Positions 17,939 through 28,250 of a stretch of 64,000 bases of DNA are shown piece after piece. This DNA comes from Candidatus Nomurabacteria bacterium (GTDB lineage Bacteria > Patescibacteriota > Minisyncoccia > Phycocordibacterales > UBA9973): contig JARIGS010000010.1 in assembly GCA_029288725.1 (NCBI GenBank), positions 23,947 to 87,946 of the forward strand. Reading direction: 5' to 3'. Below the pieces are notes generated by a model. The model was not told the DNA's origin and did not search any database. It was given only the letters and a program-made list of their open reading frames with translations. Position 1 is the first letter of the stretch. Every line of letters starts with the position of its first letter. A program made the position numbers and the translations under genes.

Positions 17939-18995
17939 TGCGCTCGATTGGACTGACATCCACCAACAATGGTTCTATGTCATTGCCTGAACCGGTAATG
18001 CGCATGACATCCTTGTCCACCTTTTTCAATTCCTTGCCGGCATTGCTGTAATGATTGACGACAGTCGTGAGAGAATTACCAATCTTGTTATGGTATTCCT
18101 CATATGACTTCAAATGCTTGCCCAATTCCTCAACGCGCTTGACGATATCCTTGGCGCTTTCCTCGATTTGCATTGCACGCAATCCCTGAAGGACGGTCTG
18201 AAGGTATGCCAAAAATGATGTTGGAGAAACGATAATGACCTTCTTTTCAAATGCGTACTGGACCAAGTCCTGAGTGTTGACCTTGATGCTGCCGACTTCC
18301 GCTACCAATAAATCATAATAAATGGATTCGTGAGGGATGAACATAAACGCAAAGTCGAGGGTATTCTCAGCCGGACGGATGTATTTGGAAGTCTCATCAA
18401 TGCGCTTCTTGATATCCTTGCGGAATTCGTTTACAAACTGCTCGGCATCACTGCCGTTTTGATTTGATTCAATGATGCGGTTGTAGTTTTCCAGTGAGAA
18501 CTTTGAGTCAACGGGAATAATTTTATCTTTAACCATCACGACGGCATCTACAATCTCACCGTTATTGAACTTGTATTGTGTCTGAAATGTTTTTGGCGGA
18601 AGGACCTTGGAGAGGATTGTTTCCAAATAGTATTCACCGAGGATGGTGCCGCGCTGCTTAGGGTTTTTCAAAATATCTTGAAGATTGCGAAGCTGATCGG
18701 CAAAGCCAATGACCTGCTTGTTACCCTCATCGAGACGAGTGAGACGTTCGGTGATATCACTGATGATGCTGTTTGAGACAGCGGACTGGTGCATCATTGA
18801 TTCACGAATGCTTTTTTCTGATTCGCCCAGCTTCTGGTCAACGGTCTTTTGCAGCTCACTGACCTGCTGCATGAGCAATTGAAAGCCCGTAGTGTTGTCT
18901 TCTTTAGTAACTGGCTCGCCGCCTTTTCGTTCGGCAAAAAGATAGACGATCACGCCTCCGCCGACTAGCCCAATGAGTATGTAGAGTAATTGCAT
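17928..18995 (-). CDS. rmuC: DNA recombination protein RmuC
   Basis: PKQRG.LGE, PVDSKF, FAFMFIPHE, VSPTS. Confidence 0.9.
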   Translation of the reverse strand: MQLLYILIGLVGGGVIVYLFAERKGGEPVTKEDNTTGFQLLMQQVSELQKTVDQKLGESEKSIRESMMHQSAVSNSIISDITERLTRLDEGNKQVIGFADQLRNLQDILKNPKQRGTILGEYYLETILSKVLPPKTFQTQYKFNNGEIVDAVVMVKDKIIPVDSKFSLENYNRIIESNQNGSDAEQFVNEFRKDIKKRIDETSKYIRPAENTLDFAFMFIPHESIYYDLLVAEVGSIKVNTQDLVQYAFEKKVIIVSPTSFLAYLQTVLQGLRAMQIEESAKDIVKRVEELGKHLKSYEEYHNKIGNSLTTVVNHYSNAGKELKKVDKDVMRITGSGNDIEPLLVDVSPIERTTE

Positions 18996-18996
18996 G

Positions 18997-19716
18997 TTAT
19001 TTTACGTATTTTTCTAATGTATAAATCCAGTCCGTTTCGTCCTTGTCACTTTTGCGCTTCTGGTCAAGCAGCCAGGAAAGGTAGCCGATGTCCATTGATG
19101 CCACTTCGGCCACGGTCTTGCCATTGTATTTGCCGAAGTTGATGGTCTTGATTGCCAATGGCTCGTTGGTAACAGCCATCATTTTTTGTAGGGCAGTAGC
19201 TTCATCACAATTCCAGGCCTTCATTGCTTCCTGTAATTCATATTCGAACAACTGTTCAAGGACCAGGACATCTGCCATTGCCTCATGAGCGGGAACATCG
19301 AGTTCCATGCCGAGGGCATAGCGCAGGTATTGCAGCTTGTGCATTGAAAAGCGACCCTCATTATCGAGTTCGCGGATAACCTTGAAGGTGCAGAGCAGAT
19401 TCTTGATGGTGATGTCATCATTCTTTAAAATCTGCTGATCAAATGGGGCATTGTGAGCGACGCAAATGGTGTCATCACTTTCAAGTAATGCCTTAAGCTC
19501 AGCGTATTCTGCTGCGTCCTTAAATGACGGGCGATTAGCAACCATGGGGTTGGAAATATGGTGAATGGCAGAGCATTCGAAGGGGATTGGCACTGGTGGC
19601 TTGTAGAGGGCATTGACGATTGGTTCGTCCGCACCGCGTTCCTTGATTGCCAATTGGCACAAGTAATCACCGGTACCATTTCCTGTTGTTTCTGTATCAA
19701 AAAAGACTATCTTCAT
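18997..19716 (-). CDS. DEDDh 3'-5' exonuclease (exonuclease X-like)
   Basis: FFDTETTG, AHNAPFD, AHEAMADV, FGKYNGK tail; start reassigned to 19716. Confidence 0.85.
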   Translation of the reverse strand: MKIVFFDTETTGNGTGDYLCQLAIKERGADEPIVNALYKPPVPIPFECSAIHHISNPMVANRPSFKDAAEYAELKALLESDDTICVAHNAPFDQQILKNDDITIKNLLCTFKVIRELDNEGRFSMHKLQYLRYALGMELDVPAHEAMADVLVLEQLFEYELQEAMKAWNCDEATALQKMMAVTNEPLAIKTINFGKYNGKTVAEVASMDIGYLSWLLDQKRKSDKDETDWIYTLEKYVK

Positions 19717-19747
19717 GCACCTATTGTACCATGCTATAATTCGGCAT

Positions 19748-20203
19748 ATGACAATTGCAACACAAGTACGAGAAGACATGAAGCAGGCAATGCGCGACAA
19801 GGACCAGGTAGCGCTCGATACCTATCGTGGTGTGCTCAGTGCCTTTACCAATGAATTGGTCACTAATGGCAAGACGCCACAGGATGAAGTAACTGACGAT
19901 AGTGCATTGAAGGTGATTGTGAAGCTGATCAAGCAGCGCAAGGATGCCATTGCTCAGTTTGAAGCGGGAGGTAGGGCAGATCTTGCTGAGGAAGAAAAGA
20001 AACAACTCGCCTTGCTTGAGAAATTTCAGCCAGCGCAAATGAGCGAAGCCGACATTCGCGTCATTGCAGAAAGGAAAAAGGCCGAGCTCAATGTTACTGA
20101 CAAAGCCAAGGCCGGCATTCTCACCGGTGCGGTCATGAAGGAAGTCTCCGGCCAAGCCGATGGTGGTACCGTGAAGGCGATAGTGGAAAGTTTGTTTGAA
20201 TAA
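19748..20203 (+). CDS. yqeY: GatB/YqeY domain protein
   Basis: DMKQAMR, KQRKDAIAQFEAGGRADLA. Confidence 0.9.
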   Translation: MTIATQVREDMKQAMRDKDQVALDTYRGVLSAFTNELVTNGKTPQDEVTDDSALKVIVKLIKQRKDAIAQFEAGGRADLAEEEKKQLALLEKFQPAQMSEADIRVIAERKKAELNVTDKAKAGILTGAVMKEVSGQADGGTVKAIVESLFE

Positions 20204-20224
20204 GGAATTCACCGCCCCATCTCA

Positions 20225-20317
20225 CAAAACCACCCCCTCCACGGTACGCATAATTTTCTGCTGAAAATTTGCTCGGTCTCGGGCCAACCCTGCGAAGCCT
20301 GCTCCGGGAGTGTTTTG
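20225..20317 (+). repeat. intergenic ~95-bp repeat, copy A
   Basis: Core ACGCATAATTTTCTGCTGAAAATTTGCTCGGTCTCGGGCCA identical to that starting at 36748; CAAAAC...GTTTTG ends. Confidence 0.85.
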
Positions 20318-20349
20318 CTCGGTGGCGTTGCGAATGCTATAATTTTTGC

Positions 20350-20682
20350 ATGATATTACTTCGCTGGTTTATTACGACGCTTGCAATCTTTGCATTGCCA
20401 TTTTTTGTTGCCGGTATCGGTGTGAATAGTATTCTTACTGCCGTGATTGTGGCAGCCTGCCTGGTCTTCCTGAACATGGTGGTCAAGCCGATCATTACCT
20501 TGCTGACATTGCCGTTGAACATCATTACCCTGGGATTGTTTTCAATCATTATCAATGGCGCATTCTTCTGGTTCGTTGCCCAGATCATCACGGGCTTCAC
20601 TGTTGCCTCATTTGTCGCTGCCATCATCGGTGCCTTTGTGATCTCGATTATCAACTGGATTATCAATCATTTCATCGACTAA
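20350..20682 (+). CDS. YvlD/DUF360 4-TM membrane protein
   Basis: VKPIITLLTLPLNIITLGLF. Confidence 0.85.
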   Translation: MILLRWFITTLAIFALPFFVAGIGVNSILTAVIVAACLVFLNMVVKPIITLLTLPLNIITLGLFSIIINGAFFWFVAQIITGFTVASFVAAIIGAFVISIINWIINHFID

Positions 20683-20683
20683 T

Positions 20684-21568
20684 ATGGAACCATTACGCAT
20701 TGTGGCACATGACGGTACCTTCCATACCGATGATGTCTTTGCTTGTGCGGCATTGTCACTGTACTTCAAGGATCGCGAGCTGGAGATCACTCGTTCCCGC
20801 AATGAGCAGATCATTGCTCAGGCTGATATCGTTGTTGATGTTGGCGGGATCTACGATCCGGAAAAGGGAAGGTTTGACCATCATCAACAGGGTGGAGCAG
20901 GCACTCGCGACAACGGCATTCCGTATGCGTCATTCGGACTGGTCTGGAAGTCATACGGTGCGGCTCTTGCCGGCAATGAGGCATCAGCAAAGTTTATTGA
21001 TGAGCAGTTAGTCCAAGGCATTGATGGTGCTGACAATGGTGTCTTGAACAAGGTCGCTGACAATGGCGTCTATTGCTACTCAGTCATCGATATCATCTCT
21101 GCCATGCGCAAGACGTGGGAAGAATCCCAAACCATGGACGAGGCATTCATGGAAGCCGTGAACATGGCAACCATTATTTTGGATCGCATGATCGCGCATG
21201 CGACCAGCTATGCTCATGCCCAGGGTATTTTGGAGACTGCCTATACCCAGTCAGCTGACAAGCAGATTATCGATATCGGTACTGAATATCCCGGCTGGTA
21301 TGAAGTGATGGCAAATCATCCGGAGCCGTTATTTGTGGTCTATCAGCGTGAGGATGGGAACTGGAGTGCCAAGGCTGTTCGTAGCAACCCGATGGAATTT
21401 GCCGCTCGGAAGCTGTTTCCTGAAGCCTGGGCTGGTTTACGGGATGAAGAATTGCAGGCTGCCTCAGGGGTTGTCGATGCAATCTTTTGTCACAATGGTC
21501 GTTTTATTGCCGTAGCTCATAGTCGTGCCGGAGCCATTGAGCTTGCCCAAAAGGCAATTTCCCTATAG
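20684..21568 (+). CDS. MYG1 family exonuclease
   Basis: HDGTFHTDD, DVGG, FDHHQ, FCHNGRF. Confidence 0.9.
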   Translation: MEPLRIVAHDGTFHTDDVFACAALSLYFKDRELEITRSRNEQIIAQADIVVDVGGIYDPEKGRFDHHQQGGAGTRDNGIPYASFGLVWKSYGAALAGNEASAKFIDEQLVQGIDGADNGVLNKVADNGVYCYSVIDIISAMRKTWEESQTMDEAFMEAVNMATIILDRMIAHATSYAHAQGILETAYTQSADKQIIDIGTEYPGWYEVMANHPEPLFVVYQREDGNWSAKAVRSNPMEFAARKLFPEAWAGLRDEELQAASGVVDAIFCHNGRFIAVAHSRAGAIELAQKAISL

Positions 21569-21604
21569 GATGCAAGGACTTATAGATACTCACTATAGAC
21601 ATAT

Positions 21605-22594
21605 ATGGCTTTTTTAGATGAAATTACAATTACAGCGAAAGCGGGAAACGGCGGCGACGGCGTGGTTCGTTGGCGCAGGGAAAAATTTATTGCTAAGGGT
21701 GGTCCTAACGGCGGCGACGGTGGTCGTGGGGGACATGTCTATATCAGAGCAGTCCGCAGCTTTCGCGTCCTTGACCAGTATCGCAGCAAGAAGGAATTCT
21801 TTGCCGAGGATGGTAAACCAGGGAGCAGTCGCAGTTATACCGGTGCTGACGGCAATCGTCTAACCATTGATTTTCCCGTTGGCTCTGTCGTGACCAATGT
21901 CACCAATGGCATGGTCTATGACCTCAATAAGGAGGGGCAGGAATTTAAGATCCTGACTGGAGGAAATGGCGGCTACGGTAACGAGCATTTCAAAAGTTCT
22001 ACCAACCAGGCTCCTGAAAAGGCGACGAAGGGCTGGCCGGGCGAGGAGGCAGAGCTGCACATCGTCATCTCACTTATTGCCGATGTCGGGCTGATTGGTT
22101 TTCCCAATGCCGGCAAGTCCAGTCTTTTGAATGTCCTTACGAATGCCCAAGCGAAGGTTGGTGATTATCCGTTTACTACACTTGATCCAAACCTCGGTGA
22201 TTTGTACGGCTATATCATTGCTGATATCCCTGGCTTGATTGAAGGGGCAAGCGAAGGCAAAGGACTCGGTCACACATTCCTTCGGCACATTTCAAAAACA
22301 AAAGTCCTCGTTCATCTCATTTCATTTGAGCAGCCAAATATGATGAAGGCATATGAGACTATTCGCAGTGAATTGGAAAAGTACGAAGGAAACCTCGACC
22401 AGAAGGATGAAATTATTTTGCTGACAAAAACTGATACCGTGCCACCGGAAGTAGTGGAAGCGACAGTGAAGAAATTTGAAAAGCTCAATAAGCCAGTATT
22501 TGCCGTCACCCTGTTTGATGATAGTAGCGTTAAGGATTTCAGCGATGACTTGGTGCGATTTTTGAAGAAAGAAATTGTTTCAGAAGAAAAATAA
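21605..22594 (+). CDS. obgE: GTPase ObgE
   Basis: Gly-rich Obg fold, GFPNAGKS, DIPG. Confidence 0.95.
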   Translation: MAFLDEITITAKAGNGGDGVVRWRREKFIAKGGPNGGDGGRGGHVYIRAVRSFRVLDQYRSKKEFFAEDGKPGSSRSYTGADGNRLTIDFPVGSVVTNVTNGMVYDLNKEGQEFKILTGGNGGYGNEHFKSSTNQAPEKATKGWPGEEAELHIVISLIADVGLIGFPNAGKSSLLNVLTNAQAKVGDYPFTTLDPNLGDLYGYIIADIPGLIEGASEGKGLGHTFLRHISKTKVLVHLISFEQPNMMKAYETIRSELEKYEGNLDQKDEIILLTKTDTVPPEVVEATVKKFEKLNKPVFAVTLFDDSSVKDFSDDLVRFLKKEIVSEEK

Positions 22595-22624
22595 AAAAGC
22601 CCCTCACGTGTTGGGGCTTTTTTT
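22593..22624. terminator. bidirectional terminator
   Basis: AAAAAGCCCC-N-GGGGCTTTTT between convergent genes. Confidence 0.7.
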
Positions 22625-22662
22625 GGTGTGCTTTCTTTAATGTTTTTTAGGTAGGCTGTAGG

Positions 22663-22890
22663 CTAATTCACTGATAGTGAGGAATCATCATCTTCTTCAT
22701 CAGATAGTTCGTCCTCTCGTTGTTGGTCATCGGTCAAAAAGGCGAGCCGTGTGCTTAGAAAATCTCTGTTTCTAAGGGCGTTGGTCTTCTTTTTAACCGG
22801 GGGAACATGACTCAATGCAATGTCCTGAACTAGCCCAGCGAACTCTTCTCGGACTTCGCTGCCAATACTGCTTAAATGTTGTGCATACAT
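22663..22890 (-). CDS. small hypothetical protein
   Basis: 75 aa; upstream TTGACT-N17-TACTAT on minus strand. Confidence 0.5.
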   Translation of the reverse strand: MYAQHLSSIGSEVREEFAGLVQDIALSHVPPVKKKTNALRNRDFLSTRLAFLTDDQQREDELSDEEDDDSSLSVN

Positions 22891-23026
22891 AAAGAAAGTT
22901 TTTAAATTATTTATTTTCCCTTATAGTACTACTCTCAAAAAAAGAGTCAATATCTGCTGAATATTTTCAATTTTCATGTATAATTCCAACGTCGCATAAA
23001 GCTATGTCGGACAAAGCATTCCCTAT

Positions 23027-24433
23027 ATGAAAACCTACTATCCCATTATTGGCTTGGAAATCCATGCCGAACTCAATACCAAGAGCAAGATGTTCTGTGC
23101 CTGCAAGAACGACCCGGACGAGACTACTCCAAACGTCAATATCTGTCCGATTTGCATGGCTCATCCAGGAACATTGCCGGTAGCCAATAAGCAGGCTATT
23201 GAGTCAGTGATCAAGGTTGGGTTGGCCCTCGGTTCAACCATTGCCGACTTCACTGAGTTTGACCGTAAGAACTATTTCTATCCTGACATTCCCAAGGGCT
23301 ATCAAATCTCGCAATACAAATATCCGATTGTGTCTGGCGGTACCCTTAACGGCTTCGGTATTACCCGTATCCACTTGGAAGAAGATACTGGCCTCTCAAA
23401 GCATGATCGTGGTAACTTCACGCTTGTTGACTACAATCGCGCTGGCGTACCACTGATGGAGCTGGTGACCGAACCGGTTATTCATAGTGCCAAGGACGCA
23501 GCGGACTTCGCCAAGGAATTGCAATTGCTTCTTCGTACGCTTGGCGTGTCAGAAGCAAATTTGGAAAAAGGCGAGATGCGTGTTGAGCCGAACATTTCCA
23601 TTTCTGATAAGGAAGGAGTATTTGGGACGAAAGTTGAAGTGAAAAATTTGAACTCTTTTAAAAGTGTTGAGAAGGCGATTGAATATGAATTGTCACGCAT
23701 GCAAGCACTGTATGAGGCGGGACGACAGGATGAAATCGTTCAGGAAACACGCGGCTGGGATGAGGCAAAGCAGACAACGTTCTCACAGCGCTCAAAGGAA
23801 AATGCACATGACTATCGCTATTTCCCTGATCCTGACCTGCCAAAGATGCAATTGCATAGTGCATTTGATATTGATGCAATGAAAAATGCATTACCAGAAT
23901 TGCCGAATGCAAAACGATCCCGCTATGCGAACGATTTTGGCATTAAGGCCAATGACATTGAACTGTATGTGACCGACCCAACGCTCTCCGCGTATTTTGA
24001 ATCAGTGGTTGAGGGCAAGGATGCAACATTTGCCCAACTTGCATCAAACTATCTGAGCAGTGATGTGCTTGGATTGATGAAAAAGGATACAGAAGCTCAG
24101 CTTCCAAAAAAGGAATTATTCATTGAATTGATCAGTATGGCAGCCAATGGTGAGATAACTTCTCGCGGTGCCAAGGATATTTTGGCAGTGATTGTAAAAG
24201 AAAATCAGTCACCAAAGGCGATTGCGGAAAAGGAAGGATTGCTCCAACAGAACAATGAAGATGATTTGAAGCCGATCATCCAACAGGTTATCACTGACAA
24301 TGCTGCAATGGTAACGCAATACAAGGAAGGGAAGGAGGTCGTGCTCCAAGCCCTTGTCGGCATGGTGATGAAAGCCACGAAGGGAAGTGCCAATCCGGTA
24401 ATCGCAGCGAAGTTGTTAAAGGAATTGATGTAA
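23027..24433 (+). CDS. gatB: Asp/Glu-tRNA amidotransferase subunit B
   Basis: IGLEIH, RKNYFYPD, HLEED, DYRYFPDPDLP. Confidence 0.97.
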   Translation: MKTYYPIIGLEIHAELNTKSKMFCACKNDPDETTPNVNICPICMAHPGTLPVANKQAIESVIKVGLALGSTIADFTEFDRKNYFYPDIPKGYQISQYKYPIVSGGTLNGFGITRIHLEEDTGLSKHDRGNFTLVDYNRAGVPLMELVTEPVIHSAKDAADFAKELQLLLRTLGVSEANLEKGEMRVEPNISISDKEGVFGTKVEVKNLNSFKSVEKAIEYELSRMQALYEAGRQDEIVQETRGWDEAKQTTFSQRSKENAHDYRYFPDPDLPKMQLHSAFDIDAMKNALPELPNAKRSRYANDFGIKANDIELYVTDPTLSAYFESVVEGKDATFAQLASNYLSSDVLGLMKKDTEAQLPKKELFIELISMAANGEITSRGAKDILAVIVKENQSPKAIAEKEGLLQQNNEDDLKPIIQQVITDNAAMVTQYKEGKEVVLQALVGMVMKATKGSANPVIAAKLLKELM

Positions 24434-24476
24434 ATAAAAAAAGGTTACGACGTCGTCGTAACCTTTTTGCACGCAC

Positions 24477-24857
24477 TTAAAGTAACGTAAGGGTAAGGAG
24501 GAATACATACTCGAAAGAACCCTCTTCCGCTCTCTTGGTCTGTACTTTTACCCCAACAAGCACGTTGCTGAGTGTCTGCATGCAAATACTAAATTCTTGA
24601 TAGGTCATTCCCAGATTTTTTAAATCTTCTTCGGTTATCTCTACCTTTTCGACTGAAAACGGTGCGCGGTTTTTCTTGAAATGGTCACACAATAAGTTGT
24701 TCACCGCCTTTTCAAACTGCTGTGAGGTGGTGCCGTTATTGATGTATGCCTTATAAGCAATCACCGCGTTTTTAACATCATCTTTTACCGACCAGGTATA
24801 AGGAATGGAGCTTTCAGGATGCTCTTTAATATCGATATTCTTTGGCAATGTACTCAT
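24477..24857 (-). CDS. hypothetical protein
   Basis: 126-aa AT-rich ORF convergent on gatB with shared terminator hairpin. Confidence 0.55.
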   Translation of the reverse strand: MSTLPKNIDIKEHPESSIPYTWSVKDDVKNAVIAYKAYINNGTTSQQFEKAVNNLLCDHFKKNRAPFSVEKVEITEEDLKNLGMTYQEFSICMQTLSNVLVGVKVQTKRAEEGSFEYVFLLTLTLL

Positions 24858-24948
24858 TATTTCGGTTCTATTTCTTTTACCTTACCATTTAAATATTGTG
24901 TGTCAATATTCCACAAGAGTCCATATCATAAGGTGCTATACTATCTGC

Positions 24949-25986
24949 ATGGATACAACACAAACAATCAAAGTGGCTATTAATGGATTTGGACGCATCG
25001 GTCGAGCTTTTTTGAAGGTAGCATGGCTTCGCCCGGAAATTGAAATCGTGGCAGTGAACGATCTCGGTTCAATCGACAGCTTGGCCTACCTTCTTCGCCA
25101 TGACACGGTCTATCACGGCTGGGATCATGACGTACAGATCAGTGGCACCGACCTTGTTATTGATGGCAAAACGGTGAAGTTCATTTCTGAAAAGGATACC
25201 ACTAAGTTACCGTGGAAGGACCTTGGTATCGATGTTGTCGTTGAATCAACCGGCCTCTTTACCGCATATGACAAGGCTAAGTTCCACATCGATGACGGTG
25301 CCAAGAAGGTCGTCATCTCGGCTCCTTCAAAGGGTGGTGATGGTTCAGTCCAGGGCGAAACCATTCTCCTCGGTGTGAACGAAGACAAATTCGGTACTTG
25401 CGACATCACTTCAAATGCATCATGTACGACCAATGCCTCAAGTCCATTGATCGGTATCATGAATGAAGCGATCGGTATTGAAAAAGCAATTTTGAATACT
25501 GTTCATGGCTACACCGCCTCACAAGCACTCGTTGATGGTCCAAGCAAGAAAGACCTTCGTGAAGGTCGTGCCGCTGCACAGAACATCGTGCCAAGTTCAA
25601 CTGGTGCGGCTATTGCCGTAACGATGGCTTATCCTGAACTCACTGGTTTGTTTGACGGTATCTCTATCCGCGTGCCAGTACCAGCAGGCTCTATCGTCGA
25701 TGTGACCTTCATCGCAAAGCGTCCAACTACTGCCGAAGAGGTGAATGCCATCCTTACCAAAGCTGCTGCTGACCCTCGCTGGGCCGGCGTTTTTGCCGTC
25801 ACCAGCGAACCACTGGTTTCAAGTGACATTCTCGGCAACCGCCATGCTTCCATTGCAGACCTTGCTATGACCCGCGTCGTCGGCGGCAACCTCGTCAAAG
25901 TGATGGGGTGGTACGACAACGAGTACGGCTATACTCATACTTTGGTAGACCACGTTATTAAAACAGGAAAGACTATTCAAAAATAA
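24949..25986 (+). CDS. gap: glyceraldehyde-3-phosphate dehydrogenase
   Basis: INGFGRIGR, SNASCTTN, WYDNE; start reassigned to 24949. Confidence 0.97.
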   Translation: MDTTQTIKVAINGFGRIGRAFLKVAWLRPEIEIVAVNDLGSIDSLAYLLRHDTVYHGWDHDVQISGTDLVIDGKTVKFISEKDTTKLPWKDLGIDVVVESTGLFTAYDKAKFHIDDGAKKVVISAPSKGGDGSVQGETILLGVNEDKFGTCDITSNASCTTNASSPLIGIMNEAIGIEKAILNTVHGYTASQALVDGPSKKDLREGRAAAQNIVPSSTGAAIAVTMAYPELTGLFDGISIRVPVPAGSIVDVTFIAKRPTTAEEVNAILTKAAADPRWAGVFAVTSEPLVSSDILGNRHASIADLAMTRVVGGNLVKVMGWYDNEYGYTHTLVDHVIKTGKTIQK

Positions 25987-26616
25987 ATGGAAACTCAAAC
26001 TAATAAAGAAAAAGAGTCTAATTTATCGAGTAGAGCATTTAAATTATTAATCCGGGTTATCGTTCTTAGTGTTTTGGCGGTAACTTTTGTTGCGGGAAAT
26101 GTTTTAGGCGGAATCGGAATAATTTTTGCAGCCCTCTTTCCGTTCATAATCGGAATAGATGCCATTGTTGCAATATATGGAATTATTGTTTCTTGCTTAG
26201 ATTTTAAAAGATTTAAGAGTAAAAAATTATTAACGCCCGCAATTGTTTCAATATTGTTTGTTTTTTCGATACTAACACTGGTTGCTTCTATTTTTTTAGG
26301 AGCTTTATCAATCAATAGTTACTTGGATAACAAACGTGTTGAAGACAAGCATACTCAAGATTTTACTAATTTCGACAACCTGCCAGTCCACAAGATTGAA
26401 AGTATTTCCTGGAATGGTCAAAACTGTTTCTTTGAAATGCAGGTAGTAGGCGAGCGACCTGTAGATTTTTATCTACCCGATGTTACCTTTACTAAAACAA
26501 GCTGTGATGACATTTCAAAGAAGCTTACTGGGCAAGAAGTAGTATTAAAAAACTTTAACTCATTCGAATCAAATAATAAATTTCAAATGTATTACAACGG
26601 AGAGTTAATCAAATGA
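25987..26616 (+). CDS. hypothetical membrane protein (AT-rich)
   Basis: Three hydrophobic segments then a soluble domain. Confidence 0.6.
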   Translation: METQTNKEKESNLSSRAFKLLIRVIVLSVLAVTFVAGNVLGGIGIIFAALFPFIIGIDAIVAIYGIIVSCLDFKRFKSKKLLTPAIVSILFVFSILTLVASIFLGALSINSYLDNKRVEDKHTQDFTNFDNLPVHKIESISWNGQNCFFEMQVVGERPVDFYLPDVTFTKTSCDDISKKLTGQEVVLKNFNSFESNNKFQMYYNGELIK

Positions 26617-26725
26617 TGTTCGTCGTTGCTATATAAAGAAGGTGTTGGTAAGATACTGACAGGTGAGCACACGCTCGTTGCCACGCCATCAAGACAGGGA
26701 AGACTATTCGAAAGTAGATTGCCTT

Positions 26726-26755
26726 CAAAATACCCCCGCACAAGGGGGTATTTTG
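26726..26755 (+). terminator. intrinsic terminator
   Basis: CAAAATACCCCC-GCACAA-GGGGGTATTTTG. Confidence 0.7.
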
Positions 26756-26820
26756 CTTTACTCTTTACTGTGAGTAACGTTTATTGCCATAGAAAGGGTG
26801 GCTTGCTACACTTGGGACGT

Positions 26821-27051
26821 ATGGAAAATATGGACAAAATAATCGTTACAGAGCATGACGGGGTGCCCGAAGGAGCAACGGAATTTGCCTTTAATGATGA
26901 AGCGCAGCTTCAGGAAAAGCTTGAGTCACTTCGCATTGAACATATTGAGGCACTGCAAAATAACAATGGGGAAGAAGCTAAGAAAATAGAGGAAAAGATT
27001 AATTTTATTGAAGAACAACTTGGCTTGAACGAAGCCAAGGATGCAGCCTAA
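26821..27051 (+). CDS. small acidic hypothetical protein
   Basis: TGCTACACT -10-like box before ATG 26821. Confidence 0.55.
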   Translation: MENMDKIIVTEHDGVPEGATEFAFNDEAQLQEKLESLRIEHIEALQNNNGEEAKKIEEKINFIEEQLGLNEAKDAA

Positions 27052-27052
27052 T

Positions 27053-27526
27053 ATGAAAATCCACCTTGCTACTGATCACGCTGGGTTTCAACATAAGGAA
27101 GCGGTCAAGGAATACCTGATCGAGCAGGGGCTTGAGGTTATTGACCATGGGGCGGTGACGTTTGACGGTCGGGATGACTATCCGGATTTCATTGCGCCGG
27201 CGGCCCAGGCCGTCGGTATCAGCGGTGATCCACAGGTCATCGACGGACAGGTCGTGATGAGTACCGATGTCGGCATTATCTTTGGTGCGTCAGGACAGGG
27301 TGAGGCAATGGTTGCCAATCGCGTGTCGGGCGTGCGGTGTGCCGTATACTATGGCGGGCCGGTGGATATTCTGACCCTTTCTCGCGCTCACAACAATGCC
27401 AACATGCTTTCGATCGGTGCAATGTTTGTCACTGCCCAGGAAGCCATCAATGCCATTGCGATCTGGTCCGAGATCCCGTTTTCCAATGATGCCCGCGATA
27501 TTCGCCGTCTCTCAAAGTTTAAATAA
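27053..27526 (+). CDS. rpiB: ribose-5-phosphate isomerase B
   Basis: TDHAG, DDYPD, SGQGE, HNNAN. Confidence 0.92.
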   Translation: MKIHLATDHAGFQHKEAVKEYLIEQGLEVIDHGAVTFDGRDDYPDFIAPAAQAVGISGDPQVIDGQVVMSTDVGIIFGASGQGEAMVANRVSGVRCAVYYGGPVDILTLSRAHNNANMLSIGAMFVTAQEAINAIAIWSEIPFSNDARDIRRLSKFK

Positions 27527-27527
27527 T

Positions 27528-28250
27528 ATGAACACTATAAAAATCACCCCCGCTATATTGCCTCAGACCTACCGAGGTATCGAAATTCCCGTTGAACGGG
27601 TACTTGGAGTTACCTCAGCAATCCAGATCGATTTTGTTGACGGTCATTTTGCGCCGAACAGAACCTGGTTATTCAACAACAAGGACGAGGAACGCATTCA
27701 GCAGATCTACGATCAGGAGCTCGGCATGCCATACTGGGAGGATGTGAACTATGAGTTTGATCTGATGGTGAAAGATCCCGTAGGACAGATGGAGCAATTC
27801 ATTGCCCTTGGTCCCTCAAAGGTTATTTTGCATGTTGAATCGCTTGAACAGGAAAGTGTGGTGGCATTTTTTGAAGGCCTGCCGGAAATCATTCGCAGTG
27901 CCGTCGCATTTGGAGTAGCACTTAATCTTGATACCGATCCAGCCCTGCTTGCACCGTACATTCCTTTTGTTGAAAGTGTGCAATGCATGGGCATTCGTAC
28001 AGTTGGCTACCAGGGACAGGCATTTGATCCTGCCGTGATTGAACAAATCAAAAAGGTCCGTGCATTGTATCCTGAAACATCTATCGCTGTTGATGGCGGC
28101 GTATCGCTTGATACTGCCACTGCTCTGGTCCATGCAGGTGCAACTGAGCTCGTTGTTGGGTCAGCGCTATTTCAGAATACCGACATACACGGTACAATGG
28201 AAGCATTCAGACAAGTATGCAGCAGCGCAATTTCACCACAAGGGAACTAG
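27528..28250 (+). CDS. rpe: ribulose-phosphate 3-epimerase family
   Basis: QIDFVDG, DLMV, QCMGI, AVDGGV, VVGS. Confidence 0.85.
   Translation: MNTIKITPAILPQTYRGIEIPVERVLGVTSAIQIDFVDGHFAPNRTWLFNNKDEERIQQIYDQELGMPYWEDVNYEFDLMVKDPVGQMEQFIALGPSKVILHVESLEQESVVAFFEGLPEIIRSAVAFGVALNLDTDPALLAPYIPFVESVQCMGIRTVGYQGQAFDPAVIEQIKKVRALYPETSIAVDGGVSLDTATALVHAGATELVVGSALFQNTDIHGTMEAFRQVCSSAISPQGN

Noticed and set aside
20350-20682. Holin as evidence of a phage
   Set aside because: YvlD/DUF360 family sits among housekeeping genes with no endolysin nearby.
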